A stretch of 64,000 bases of DNA from an uncultured Selenomonadales bacterium. Its GTDB lineage: Bacteria > Bacillota > Negativicutes > Acidaminococcales > Acidaminococcaceae. Numbering within the stretch: the first letter of the stretch is position 1; each line of letters begins with the position of its first letter. The stretch covers positions 151,701-215,700 of the forward strand of contig ONAN01000002.1 in NCBI GenBank assembly GCA_900315805.1, read 5' to 3'. Below, piece by piece: positions 38,201 to 47,121 of this stretch. The position numbers and the translations under genes were made by a program. The notes under the pieces are model-generated. The model saw only the letters and a list, made by a program, of their open reading frames with translations. It did not search any database and had not been told where the DNA came from.

Positions 38201-39566
38201 CCGCATCCGCCTGCGTTCCCTGCTGGCCGTGCTGTCGCGCCGCCCGGTTCCGAAATTCGAACCCCTGGTCCTGCCGGACCGGCCCCATTTCACGCCGGAA
38301 TGCAAAGCAACCCATACGATTCTGGCACCCCAGATGGCCCCGATCCATTTCGAACTCATCAAGCACGTGCTGACGCGTTACGGCTACAACCTGGTCATTC
38401 CGGAAACGAACAAGAACGACGCCATCAACGCGGGCCTGCAGTATGTCCATAACGACATGTGCTATCCGGCCATCGTCGTCATCGGCCAGATGCTGGCGGC
38501 CCTGAAGAGCGGCAAATACGACCCGGACCACACGAGCATCGTGCTCTTCCAGACCTGCGGCGAGTGCCGCGCGACGAACTACATGAGCCTCATGCGCCGC
38601 GCCCTGAAGAACGCCGGCTTCCCGAAGGTGCCGGTCTTCGCCTGCTACGGCCTGGAGAAAGATGGATTTACCCTCAATCCGGAAGGCTACATCGAAGTGG
38701 CCAAGGCCATCGTCTACGGCGACCTGCTGCAGAATGTGACGAACCGCATGCGCCCCTACGAGCTGATTCCCGGCTCGACGGACCGCCTGTACAACAAGTG
38801 GATCGCCCGTTGCGAAGACGAGCTCGACCACGGCAGCTATTTCAAGTATAAGAAGACCATCCGCGAACTGGTGAAGGAATTCGACGCCATCCCCCTGGTT
38901 CCGAACCTGTGGAAACCGAAAGTCGGCGTCGTCGGCGAAATCCTGGTCGAGTACCACCCGGTGGCCAACAACCACCTGGAGCGCGTCCTCGCCCGCGAAG
39001 GCGCCGAAGTCGTCATGCCGGAACTGTCGAACTTCATGATGTACATGGGCTTCGACGGCATCTCCAAGCACGACCTGCTGGACGGCTCGTGGCTCCGCAA
39101 GGCCGGCGGCAAAATGTTCATCCGCGTGGCGGAGTTCTTCCTGAGCCCCATGCGCAAGGCCCTGGAGCAGTCGAAGCACTTTACGGCTCCGTGCTCCATC
39201 TACAAGGTGGCCGAACTGGCTTCGCAGCACGTATCCCTGGGCAATATCGCCGGCGAAGGCTGGCTGCTGCCCGGTGAAATCGCCAAACTCATGGAAGAAG
39301 GCGTCCGCAACGTGGTCTGCCTGCAGCCGTGGGCCTGCCTGCCGAACCATATCATGGGCAAAGGCGTGTTCCGCGAGATCCGCCGCACCTATGAAGATGC
39401 CAACCTGGTGGCCATGGACTGCGATGCCGGCGCGTCGGAAGTCAACCAGCTGAACCGGCTGAAACTGATGTTGTCCGTCGCCAAGGAGAAATGCCCCGAA
39501 GGGAAAGTCCTGGGCGAAGGCATCGATACGGAAAAATTGAAAGAGACGGCGGCCAGAGAAGCGTGA
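35289..39566 (+). CDS. Fused 2-hydroxyacyl-CoA dehydratase activase-like protein (two BcrAD/BadFG ATPase modules, DUF2229-like and dehydratase-like domains)
   Basis: Two GIDxGSTT.K motifs; MNGVCAGGTG...SRCGVFAK and LNEACSAGCG...TRCTVFM Fe-S cysteines; CYPAK and SFGCG motifs. Confidence 0.88.
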   Translation: MTNDLKVGIDIGSTTIKTVVLDETGRILYKTYGRHFSDIPHALTTNLQALKDVVGKERFRFALTGSAGMGIAQRLELPFVQEVIAAATAVKELIPQTDTMVELGGEDAKIMYFGSAPEERMNGVCAGGTGAFIDQMASLLNTDAKGLNDLAAKAQRIYTIASRCGVFAKTDIQALMNDGASREDIAKSVFQAVVNQTIGNLAQGREIKGNVAFLGGPLTFLPELKKRFIETLKLAPENVVNVEDGAYFVAIGCALSNETCEMGYEDLVKNLDKAQGSYGIVRDERLALFRSKEEYDAFVARHDKDKVKRGDLATYRGPLYLGIDAGSTTTKIVAIGKDKEILYTDYGSNQGEPLDVVIREVRGLYKAMPEGTWIAGALTTGYGENIVKAALHADEGEVETFAHYRAAREFCPEVTCVLDIGGQDMKCFQIRDGNIEKITLNEACSAGCGSFIQNFAQGLHMTAAEFADKAMDSKTPVDLGTRCTVFMNSRVKQAQKEGAALADISAGIGLSVIKNALFKVMQLKDVKELGDHIVVQGGTFYNNAVLRNMEKLLGKDVIRPDIAGLMGAYGAAILTLEAHADEPDRVSSLLPDEQLENFKVTSRSYRCNGCGNHCLVTMQTFPDGGRFFTGNRCERGEGKPKNLHKAPNIYEYKNERLFNYYKPLQNAPRGRIGIPRVLNMYEDFPFWATFFTKLGYEVVISDKSSAQIYYKGMSTIPSDSLCYPAKLVHGHIMDLVEKGLKKIFYPCLPYNMEDDVNRTGNHYNCPVVASYAENIRNNMDILREKGIKFMEPFLPIASKKRMRQRLIEAFASENIPEKELTDAMNAAYDELEHYREDVRKKGAEILAYAKEHKMQVILLVGRPYHIDPEINHGIPEMIQSYNLAIVSEDSVYHMPVQEDNLYIVNQWSYHARLYHAAEFAAAHPEVNLIQLSSFGCGLDAITTNQVREIMEAHNRLYTMIKLDEVTNLGAARIRLRSLLAVLSRRPVPKFEPLVLPDRPHFTPECKATHTILAPQMAPIHFELIKHVLTRYGYNLVIPETNKNDAINAGLQYVHNDMCYPAIVVIGQMLAALKSGKYDPDHTSIVLFQTCGECRATNYMSLMRRALKNAGFPKVPVFACYGLEKDGFTLNPEGYIEVAKAIVYGDLLQNVTNRMRPYELIPGSTDRLYNKWIARCEDELDHGSYFKYKKTIRELVKEFDAIPLVPNLWKPKVGVVGEILVEYHPVANNHLERVLAREGAEVVMPELSNFMMYMGFDGISKHDLLDGSWLRKAGGKMFIRVAEFFLSPMRKALEQSKHFTAPCSIYKVAELASQHVSLGNIAGEGWLLPGEIAKLMEEGVRNVVCLQPWACLPNHIMGKGVFREIRRTYEDANLVAMDCDAGASEVNQLNRLKLMLSVAKEKCPEGKVLGEGIDTEKLKETAAREA

Positions 39567-39577
39567 CCGTCTGCTGC

Positions 39578-39617
39578 AGGCTGCCGGAGGAAAGGTACTC
39601 CGGCAGCCTCTTTGTTT
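39578..39617 (+). terminator. Terminator-like hairpin after the activase gene
   Basis: AGGCTGCCGGAG / CTCCGGCAGCCT 12-bp stem followed by CTTTGTTT. Confidence 0.6.
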
Positions 39618-39653
39618 CCGGCCCGCAGCTGCTGCGTGCCGCAGGAGGATAAG

Positions 39654-40655
39654 ATGCCCTTTACGATTTTACGCCAGGATATTACGAAGCTTTCCGTAGA
39701 CGCCATCGTGAACGCCGCCAACACGGGCCTTGCCAAAGGCGGGGGCGTGTGCGGCGCCATTTTCCGGGCTGCCGGCGCGGCCCAATTGGAAGAGGCCTGC
39801 CGCAAGGCGGCGCCGGTCCGTACGGGGGAGGCGGCCATTACGCCGGCCTTCGCCCTGCCGGCCCGGTACGTGATCCACGCCGTGGGCCCGGTCTACCGCG
39901 GTGACGAGGCGGCAGCGTGCGAACAGCTGCTGCGTTCCGCCTACCTGTCCGCCCTGCGGCTTGCCGTGGAGCATGACTGCGCGAGCATCGCCTTTCCGCT
40001 CATTTCCAGCGGCATCTACGGGTATCCGAAGGAAGCCGCCCTGCGCGTGGCCGTGGAAGCCTTCCGGGACTTTTTGCGGCAGCACGACCTGGACATCTTC
40101 CTGACGGTGTTCGACCGGGAATCCTTCGTCGTCAGCGGGCAGCTGCTGGGCGCAGTGGAAAATTACCTGGACGAGAATTACGTGCAGATGTGTATGGCGC
40201 GGCAGCGGGAAAGGAACCGCTGCGAAGTGCATGCCCTGCAGGATGTGGAGGCCTTCCAGGCGACGTACGGGGCGCCGCCGCAGGAGCTGGAGAACGTCAT
40301 CGGCAACCTGGACGAACCCTTCAACGTGACGCTGCTGCGGCTCATCGACGCGCGGGGCAAGACCGATGCCGAGGTGTACAAGAAGGCGAACATCGACCGC
40401 AAGCTCTTTTCGAAGATCCGGACGGGCAAGGGCTACATGCCGGGCAAACGGACCGTGCTGGCCCTGGCCATCGCGCTGGAGCTGACCCTGGCGGAAACGG
40501 AGGCCCTGCTGATGAAGGCGGGGTACGCCCTGTCACACAGCATCAAGGCCGACGTGATTGTCGAATACTTCATCCTCCAGGGCAATTACGACATTTACGC
40601 CATCAACGAGGTTCTGTTCCATTACGACCAGCCCCTGCTGGGGTCCCGCGATTGA
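39654..40655 (+). CDS. Macrodomain (ADP-ribose binding) protein with a C-terminal XRE/HTH-like domain
   Basis: DITKL..DAIVNAAN, GGGVCGAI, IHAVGP, FPLISSGIYGYP; C-terminal ...EVYKKANIDRKLFSKIR HTH-like segment; GGAGG RBS. Confidence 0.88.
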   Translation: MPFTILRQDITKLSVDAIVNAANTGLAKGGGVCGAIFRAAGAAQLEEACRKAAPVRTGEAAITPAFALPARYVIHAVGPVYRGDEAAACEQLLRSAYLSALRLAVEHDCASIAFPLISSGIYGYPKEAALRVAVEAFRDFLRQHDLDIFLTVFDRESFVVSGQLLGAVENYLDENYVQMCMARQRERNRCEVHALQDVEAFQATYGAPPQELENVIGNLDEPFNVTLLRLIDARGKTDAEVYKKANIDRKLFSKIRTGKGYMPGKRTVLALAIALELTLAETEALLMKAGYALSHSIKADVIVEYFILQGNYDIYAINEVLFHYDQPLLGSRD

Positions 40656-40680
40656 AGCGCGGCAAAACAGAATCAGGAAT

Positions 40681-40697
40681 GTCGCTTTGCAGGCGAC
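40681..40697. promoter_or_regulatory. Palindromic candidate operator upstream of the vWA gene
   Basis: GTCGC-TTTGCAG-GCGAC. Confidence 0.4.
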
Positions 40698-40749
40698 CAC
40701 GGATTGTCCCTCCTGCGTTATCCTAAAGGTAACAAAGGAGGGATTTGTT

Positions 40750-41403
40750 ATGAAACAGAATTTGACGGAACTGGTTTTCATCCTGGACAAGAGCGGCTCC
40801 ATGACGGGTCTGGAAAAGGACACTATCGGCGGTTTCAACAGCATGCTGGAAAAGCAGAAGAAGGTGGACGGCGAGTGCCGCGTGACGACGGTGCTCTTCG
40901 ACAACCGCTACGAACTGCTGCACGACCGCATCGATCTGCAGGCCGTACAGCCGCTGACGGAGAAGGATTACGAGACCGGCGGCTCCACGGCGCTGCTCGA
41001 CGCCATCGGCCGCACCATCCATAAGATCGGGACGGCGCAGCGCCATACGGCGGACGCGTACCGGGCGGCCCACGTGCTGTTCGTCATCATTACGGACGGC
41101 GAGGAAAATTCCAGCCGCGAGTACACCAGCCGGAAAGTCAAGGAAATGATTGAACGCCAGAAATCGAAGTACGGCTGGGAGTTCGTCTTCCTGGGCGCCA
41201 ACATCGACGCCGTCGCCACGGCCGAAGAATTCGGCATCGGGCAGGAATGCGCGGCCGATTATGTGGCGGACGGGGAAGGGACGGAACTGAATTTCCGCGT
41301 CATGAGCGATGCCGTGATGAAGTTCCGCGCAGAGGGGTGTTTCTCCGGTGCGTCCCTGGACCGCATCCGCAAGGACCGGAAGAAGCGGGGCGGCAGGCAC
41401 TGA
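40750..41403 (+). CDS. Stand-alone von Willebrand factor A domain protein
   Basis: MIDAS intact: LDKSGS, STALLDAIG, IITDG; GGAGG RBS. Confidence 0.9.
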   Translation: MKQNLTELVFILDKSGSMTGLEKDTIGGFNSMLEKQKKVDGECRVTTVLFDNRYELLHDRIDLQAVQPLTEKDYETGGSTALLDAIGRTIHKIGTAQRHTADAYRAAHVLFVIITDGEENSSREYTSRKVKEMIERQKSKYGWEFVFLGANIDAVATAEEFGIGQECAADYVADGEGTELNFRVMSDAVMKFRAEGCFSGASLDRIRKDRKKRGGRH

Positions 41404-41511
41404 GCAGGGCGGTGGCGGCGCGTTTCCCCGGAGACTGTCCTTGTTTTCGCGCGGGCAGGTGCTATAATCGAATTGTACCTGCTTCACGCAAAACGAAAGG
41501 AGCGAACGCTT

Positions 41512-42975
41512 ATGCCCTGCACAACGATACTTGCCGGCAAAGGGGCCACGTACGATGGCTCGACCATGATGGCCCGCAACGAGGATTCCCAGTCCGGCGT
41601 CTTTACGAGTAAAAAATTCATCGTCGTCAACCCGGAGGACCAGCCGCGCCATTACCAGGCCGTGCTGTCCAAGTTCTCACTGGACCTGAAGGAGGAACCC
41701 CTGCGTTATACGGCCATGCCTAACGCCCTGCCGGACGAAGGCATCTGGGGCGAGGCCGGCATCAACGAGGCCAATGTGGCCATGACGGAGACGGAAACGA
41801 TTACGTCGAACTACCGCGTCCTGGGGGCGGATCCCCTCGTCAAGGACGGCCTCGGCGAGGAAGATATGCTGACCCTGGTGCTGCCCTACATCCGCAGCGC
41901 CCGGGAAGGCGTCGCCCGCCTGGGAGCCCTGCTGGAAAAGTACGGCACGTACGAGATGAACGGCATCGGGTTCCAGGATGTGGACGAAGTCTGGTGGTTC
42001 GAAAGCATCGGCGGCCATCACTGGATTGCCAAAAAGGTGCCCGACGACGGCTATGTCGTCATGTCGAATCAGCAGGGCATCGACCTGCTCGATTTGTCGG
42101 ACGCCCTGGGCGCGCAGAAAGAGGCCATGTGCTCCGCCGACCTGGCGGATTTTATCCGGGACCATCACCTGGACCTGACCATGGACGAGGACAAAGGCGG
42201 TCCCCTGGAAGCGGCTGCGGCCTTCGATGCCCGGGCCGCCTTCGGCAGCCGGGACGACTCGGACCATACGTATAACACGCCCCGCGTCTGGTATATGCTG
42301 CGGTACCTGAATCCCCACACGTTCACGTGGGACGGCCCGGACGCGGATTTCCGTCCCGAAGACGACAACCTGCCCTGGAGCCTCCAGCCGGAACGCAAGA
42401 TCACCGTGGAGGACATCAAGTACGTGCTCAGCGCCCATTACCAGGGCACGCCCTTTGACTGCTACGGCAACGGTCCGGAAGCCGGAAAGCACCAATACCG
42501 CCCCATCGGCATCAACCGCAACAACTTCGTCGCCCTGACCCAGCTGCGGCCCTATGTGGACGCGGAACGCCGGGCCGTCGAATGGATTGCCGAAGGGTCG
42601 AATGTGTTCAATGCCTTCGTGCCGTTCTATGCCAATGTGACGAAGACGCCGGCCTACCTGGCGGAAACGGGCAAACTGCCCGACAGCCACCAGTTCTACT
42701 GGGCCAGCCGCCTCATCGGGGCCCTGGCGGATGCCCATTTCAACCTGTGCTCCCTGGCCATCGAGCGGTACCAGAACGCCGTCGGTGCCCGGAGCCACGC
42801 GCTGCTGGAGGAATGCGACCGGGCGCGGTACCGCGGCAGTGTGACGAAGTTCCTGGAAAAGTGCAATGACCGGATTGCGGACATGGCACGGGAAGAAACC
42901 GACGCCTGCCTGGGCGCCGTGCTGTACCAGGCCAGCTGCGCCATGAAGAACGCTTTCGCGCGGTCGGATGCGTAA
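41512..42975 (+). CDS. Peptidase C69 family dipeptidase
   Basis: N-terminal catalytic Cys (MPCTTILAGK), ARNED, ETET, GGHHW. Confidence 0.92.
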   Translation: MPCTTILAGKGATYDGSTMMARNEDSQSGVFTSKKFIVVNPEDQPRHYQAVLSKFSLDLKEEPLRYTAMPNALPDEGIWGEAGINEANVAMTETETITSNYRVLGADPLVKDGLGEEDMLTLVLPYIRSAREGVARLGALLEKYGTYEMNGIGFQDVDEVWWFESIGGHHWIAKKVPDDGYVVMSNQQGIDLLDLSDALGAQKEAMCSADLADFIRDHHLDLTMDEDKGGPLEAAAAFDARAAFGSRDDSDHTYNTPRVWYMLRYLNPHTFTWDGPDADFRPEDDNLPWSLQPERKITVEDIKYVLSAHYQGTPFDCYGNGPEAGKHQYRPIGINRNNFVALTQLRPYVDAERRAVEWIAEGSNVFNAFVPFYANVTKTPAYLAETGKLPDSHQFYWASRLIGALADAHFNLCSLAIERYQNAVGARSHALLEECDRARYRGSVTKFLEKCNDRIADMAREETDACLGAVLYQASCAMKNAFARSDA

Positions 42976-43017
42976 AGAAACGACGGGTATAAATAATTCG
43001 GGAATATAAGAAGCAAA

Positions 43018-43062
43018 AGCGGGAGCAGGAATCGTGAGATTCCTGCTCCCGTTGTCATTTTT
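43018..43062 (+). terminator. Terminator after the dipeptidase
   Basis: AGCGGGAGCAGGAATC-GTGA-GATTCCTGCTCCCGTT, T-rich tail. Confidence 0.7.
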
Positions 43063-43080
43063 GCGGTATGGCACATAAAA

Positions 43081-43114
43081 CAAAACCGGGAATGTTCTTC
43101 CGAACATTCCCGGT
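43081..43114 (-). terminator. tRNA-Val terminator
   Basis: ACCGGGAATGTTC / GAACATTCCCGGT with TTTT on the minus strand. Confidence 0.7.
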
Positions 43115-43127
43115 CAGTGCTTTTAAA

Positions 43128-43204
43128 TGGTGGAACTAACAAGACTCGAACTTGTGACCCCGTCCATGTCAAGGACGTACTCTAACCAACTGAGCTATAG
43201 TTCC
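43128..43204 (-). tRNA. tRNA-Val(GAC)
   Basis: Reverse complement: GGAACTATAGCTCAGTTGG...CGTCC-TTGACAT-GGACG...GTTCGAG...ACCA; TTGACA-17-TATACT promoter at 43244-43216. Confidence 0.96.
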
Positions 43205-43289
43205 GTAGCTCCTCTAGTATAAGGGAAAACGAAAGGATTGTCAAGCTTTTTCGTACGATACAGCTTGAAACAACAGGTCTTCATGGGCC

Positions 43290-44192
43290 TTATCCTTTCT
43301 GTTCCACCTTGTCCAGCAGGTTCCGCAGGGCGCCGATCATGCCGGCGTCATTGCCCAGGGCGGCGAAGCCGATAGTGGTGTTTATGCGCAGGGCCGGGGC
43401 GACGAGCCGCTCCAGTTTCGCGTCCAGCCGGGGCCGGATATACGCCTGCCGGGCCATGATGCCGCCGCCCAGGAGGATCCGCTCCGGATTGAAGATGCAG
43501 CATACGTTGCCGATGCCCAGGGCCAGGCGGTGCAGCATGACGGCGATGGCCTGTTCCGCGTCGCCGTCGCCCTGTTCCGCCAGGTCGAAGACTTTGCGGC
43601 CGTCCAGGGCCGTGACATCGATCCCCTTGGCGCGGGCCACCGTTTCCAGGAGCCAGGGGACGCGGGCCGAAGCCTCCAGGTCCTGTTCCCCGCCTTCAAT
43701 GTGCATGTAGCCGACTTCGCCGGCACTGCCCGAAGCGCCGTGGATCAGCCGGCCGTCCAGGAGCAGCGCCCCGCCGATGCCCGTGCCCACGGTGATGCAG
43801 ACAAGGGACCGCGCGCCTTTGCCGGCGCCCAGCCAGTATTCGCCCAGCGCCGCCGCGTTCACATCGTTTTCAACGGCGCAGGGAACGTGGCACTGTTCCT
43901 CAATCCACGCCTTCAGGCCCGTTCCCGTGTAGCCGGGGAAATTGCGGGCTTCCAGCAGAATGGTGCCCCTTTCGGCATCGACGACGCCGGCCGTGTCGAG
44001 GCCCACACCCTCCACCTTGTACCGCGCCTGGTAGCGGCGCACAATGTCCGCCAGCAGGTCCAGCAGATGGGGAATGCCCGTCTCCGGCAGTCCCGTCGGC
44101 ACTTCGCCCTTGTCGAGGAACCGCCCGGTCTCATCCGCCAGGGCGTATTTGACGGACGTCCCGCCGATATCGATTGCTACGTAATATGCCAT
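43290..44192 (-). CDS. ROK family sugar kinase
   Basis: IDIGGT, ENDVNAAALGE, TVGTGIGG, AGEVG. Confidence 0.9.
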   Translation of the reverse strand: MAYYVAIDIGGTSVKYALADETGRFLDKGEVPTGLPETGIPHLLDLLADIVRRYQARYKVEGVGLDTAGVVDAERGTILLEARNFPGYTGTGLKAWIEEQCHVPCAVENDVNAAALGEYWLGAGKGARSLVCITVGTGIGGALLLDGRLIHGASGSAGEVGYMHIEGGEQDLEASARVPWLLETVARAKGIDVTALDGRKVFDLAEQGDGDAEQAIAVMLHRLALGIGNVCCIFNPERILLGGGIMARQAYIRPRLDAKLERLVAPALRINTTIGFAALGNDAGMIGALRNLLDKVEQKG

Positions 44193-44343
44193 GATCCGCA
44201 CCCCGTTTTCCCGTTTCCAGTGTACTTTTCCATCTTTCTTTATGTTACCATATCGGGCGGCGTTCCGCTGTCCTTTTTGCGCCAATCCGTGTTATAATGT
44301 GCCTATATGGACGCTTGTGAACGCGTTTTGGAGGAAAGATGTC

Positions 44344-45039
44344 ATGTCCGTTACGATAGAAACCTTTATGCACCATCTGCTGGATTATGAGGCACCGCGG
44401 GTCTTCAATCCCTGGCGGGACTATGAACCGGGCCTGGATATCGGGCCGGAAGCGCCGCATATCCGCTATGCGAACCTGCAGCGCTATCTGGAACTGCGGC
44501 GGCAGGCGCATTACCTGTTCATTGCCGAAGGCCTGGGCTACCAGGGCGGCCACTTTTCCGGCATGGCCATGACGAGCGAGCGCATCCTGCTCGGCCACCA
44601 TCCCGAAGTCCGGCCCGAAGAGGTACTGGGTTCCGGCTGGGACTACCGCCGCACGAGCAATCCCGCTTCGCCGCTCCTGAAAGGGACGCAGCGTGCCCTC
44701 GGCTTCAACGAGCCGACGGCCACGGTCATGTGGGGAAGCCTGCACCGCGAACACCTGGGAACCTTCGACGCCGTGCTGTGGAACATCTTTCCCTTCCATC
44801 CTTACAAAGAACAGGGGCTGCTGACGAACCGCACGCCCGACGGCAGGGAGCTCGACGCGGGCATTGTCTACGCCCGCGAACTGATGGAACTGCTGCCGCA
44901 GGCGCAGGTCGTCGCCATCGGGCAGAAATCGGCCCAGACCCTGCAGAAATACGGCATCCCCTGTGACTGCGTGCCCCATCCCTCCATGGGCGGGGCCAAC
45001 CGGTTCAAGGCGGCTGTCGCGGCCTTATTCCGGAGGTGA
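44344..45039 (+). CDS. Uracil-DNA glycosylase superfamily protein (SMUG2-like)
   Basis: AEGLGYQGGHFSGMAMTSE, EPTATVMW, WNIFPFHP, NRTP, HPSMGG. Confidence 0.8.
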   Translation: MSVTIETFMHHLLDYEAPRVFNPWRDYEPGLDIGPEAPHIRYANLQRYLELRRQAHYLFIAEGLGYQGGHFSGMAMTSERILLGHHPEVRPEEVLGSGWDYRRTSNPASPLLKGTQRALGFNEPTATVMWGSLHREHLGTFDAVLWNIFPFHPYKEQGLLTNRTPDGRELDAGIVYARELMELLPQAQVVAIGQKSAQTLQKYGIPCDCVPHPSMGGANRFKAAVAALFRR

Positions 45040-45044
45040 TTTCC

Positions 45045-45842
45045 ATGGCGGACGGAATCCTGGACAACCGTGAAACCGACATGACGAAGAGCCAGGTCAT
45101 GGACATCGCCATGGACATGGGGCGCATCCTGCTGAAAAGCGGCGCCGAAACGAGCCGCGTCGAAGACACCATGATGCGCTTCTGCCGCAGCCACGGTTAC
45201 TATGACCTCAACGTCTTCTGCACGCCGACAATCATCATCCTCGGCGACGAAAGCGCCCACGGCAAAAGCCGCGTCTTCCGCGTGCGCTGGCGCGCCATCG
45301 ACCTGGGCCTCATCATGGACATCAACAACCTGTCCTACAACTTCAAACGCTGGGGCATGACCTACCACCGGGCCAAGGAATGGATGCGCGAACGGATCCG
45401 CCGTTCCCATCCCTACGGCAACACGCTCGTGTGCCTTGCCTCCGGCGTGGGCAGCGCGGCCTTCGCCATGCTGCTCGGCGGCAACTGGCACGACTTTGTG
45501 GCCGCCTTTATCTGCGGTTTCGCCGCCATGGGCGTGCTCAAACTGTTGAACAAGCTCCATCCGACGGCCTTCTGGGAAAACTTCATCGCCGGTCTCGTCA
45601 TCGGCTTCATCGCCCTGGCCTGCTGCAAAGCGGACCGGTTCTGCACCATGCAGAACATCATCGTCGGGGCCCTCATGCCCTTTTTGCCGGGCCTGCCGTT
45701 CACGAACGGCGTGCGCGACTACATCGGCGGCGACCTGCTGAGCGGTAACTCCCGCATTGCCGAAGCGGTCCTCTTCGCCCTGTCCATCGCCGTCGGCCTG
45801 GCGTTCGCTGTCAAGGTCTGGACCTGGGGAGGCTTGCGATGA
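45045..45842 (+). CDS. Threonine/serine exporter family (ThrE N-part)
   Basis: GRILLKSGAETSRVEDTM, LPGLPFTNGVRD...GDLLSG. Confidence 0.88.
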   Translation: MADGILDNRETDMTKSQVMDIAMDMGRILLKSGAETSRVEDTMMRFCRSHGYYDLNVFCTPTIIILGDESAHGKSRVFRVRWRAIDLGLIMDINNLSYNFKRWGMTYHRAKEWMRERIRRSHPYGNTLVCLASGVGSAAFAMLLGGNWHDFVAAFICGFAAMGVLKLLNKLHPTAFWENFIAGLVIGFIALACCKADRFCTMQNIIVGALMPFLPGLPFTNGVRDYIGGDLLSGNSRIAEAVLFALSIAVGLAFAVKVWTWGGLR

Positions 45843-46453
45843 TCTGGTTGAAAGCATTCTTCTTCGCCTTCGTGGCCACCGTTTCCTTCGGCGTGCTCTT
45901 CCAGTGCCCGAAGCGGATGCTCTGGCCCGGCGGCGTCATCGGCGGTGTAGGCTGGGTGGTCTTCATCGGGTTGAAAGGGCAGGGCGTCAGCTCCTTTTCG
46001 GCCAACTTCGTCGCGACGGTCTGCGTCGCCCTGTTGAGCGAACTGGCAGCGCGCCGCTTCCATCAGCCTGTGACGGTCTTCAACATCCCCGCCGTCATTC
46101 CCCTTGTTCCGGGACTCGGCATGTACCGGGGCATGTACTACATTTTGGAAAATGCCGGCAGTTACGGCACGGAAATCCTCCTGAGCGCCGTCATGGATGC
46201 CTGCGCCATCGCCTTGGGCATCATGATGGTCGGCGGCATCTTCCGCGCCCTCAAGACGAGCCATGACCTGGCCCGCTACAAGACCGAGGACCGCCTGGGA
46301 ACCTCCGTGAGCCCGGCCCTGTACGTGCTGACGGCGGAGGAAGAGGAAGCGCGCAACGCCGCCTCCGAACGGGAAGAGATGGCAAACCGCCGCCATGCCC
46401 GGGAAACCCTGCAGAAGGCGGCAGAACAAAACGCGAAAGAAGAGAAAGCATGA
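45839..46453 (+). CDS. Threonine/serine exporter family (ThrE C-part)
   Basis: FGVLFQCP, IPAVIPLVPG; overlaps its partner gene. Confidence 0.85.
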   Translation: MIWLKAFFFAFVATVSFGVLFQCPKRMLWPGGVIGGVGWVVFIGLKGQGVSSFSANFVATVCVALLSELAARRFHQPVTVFNIPAVIPLVPGLGMYRGMYYILENAGSYGTEILLSAVMDACAIALGIMMVGGIFRALKTSHDLARYKTEDRLGTSVSPALYVLTAEEEEARNAASEREEMANRRHARETLQKAAEQNAKEEKA

Positions 46454-47007
46454 ACCTGATCGATTTGTTTTTACTGGCCGTGAGCCTGTCCATGGACGCC
46501 TTTTCCGTGTCCATCTGCGGCAGCCTGGCCCTGGCTCCGGCATCCCGTCTGCGGGGGGCCGTCCGCTTCGGCGCCTGGTTCGGCTTTTTCCAGTTCCTTA
46601 TGCCCGTCATCGGCTTTTACTGCGCCTCCTGGGCCATCGACTACATCCGCGATTACGACCACTGGGTGGCCTTCTTCCTGCTCATGTACCTGGGCCTCAA
46701 CATGATCCGCGAGAGCCGGGAAGCCTGTGAACTCGTGGACAGCTACAGCGCGCGGCGCATGCTCACCCTGGCCGTGGCCACGAGCATCGACGCCCTGGCC
46801 GTCGGCATCAGCTTCGCCTTCCTGAACGTGCGGGTCCTGGAAAGCTCCGTGCTCATCGGCGTCGTCACCTTCTGTTTCTCCTTTGCCGGCGGACTCATCG
46901 GGTTCCGCCTGGGAGAACGCTTCCGCAGCCGCGCTGAAAGCGTCGGTGGCGTCGTGTTATGCCTTCTGGGCGTCAAAATCCTGCTGGAGCACCTGGGATA
47001 CCTGTGA
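46450..47007 (+). CDS. mntP: Manganese efflux pump MntP family
   Basis: LSMDAFSVS, FQFLMP, DHWVAF, ATSIDALAVG. Confidence 0.9.
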   Translation: MNLIDLFLLAVSLSMDAFSVSICGSLALAPASRLRGAVRFGAWFGFFQFLMPVIGFYCASWAIDYIRDYDHWVAFFLLMYLGLNMIRESREACELVDSYSARRMLTLAVATSIDALAVGISFAFLNVRVLESSVLIGVVTFCFSFAGGLIGFRLGERFRSRAESVGGVVLCLLGVKILLEHLGYL

Positions 47008-47057
47008 CGGAGAAATCGTTGCCACAGCGGCCTTGCAGCCCCTTAAAACAGCCAATG

Positions 47058-47114
47058 AAAAAGCCTCATGGCACCTGTCCAAACGAACAGGTAAGCCATG
47101 AGGCTGTTCTTTTG
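47058..47114. terminator. Bidirectional terminator (mntP / potD2)
   Basis: AAAAAGCCTCATGGC...GCCATGAGGCT-GTTCTTTTT. Confidence 0.7.
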
Positions 47115-47121
47115 GGGGCGG

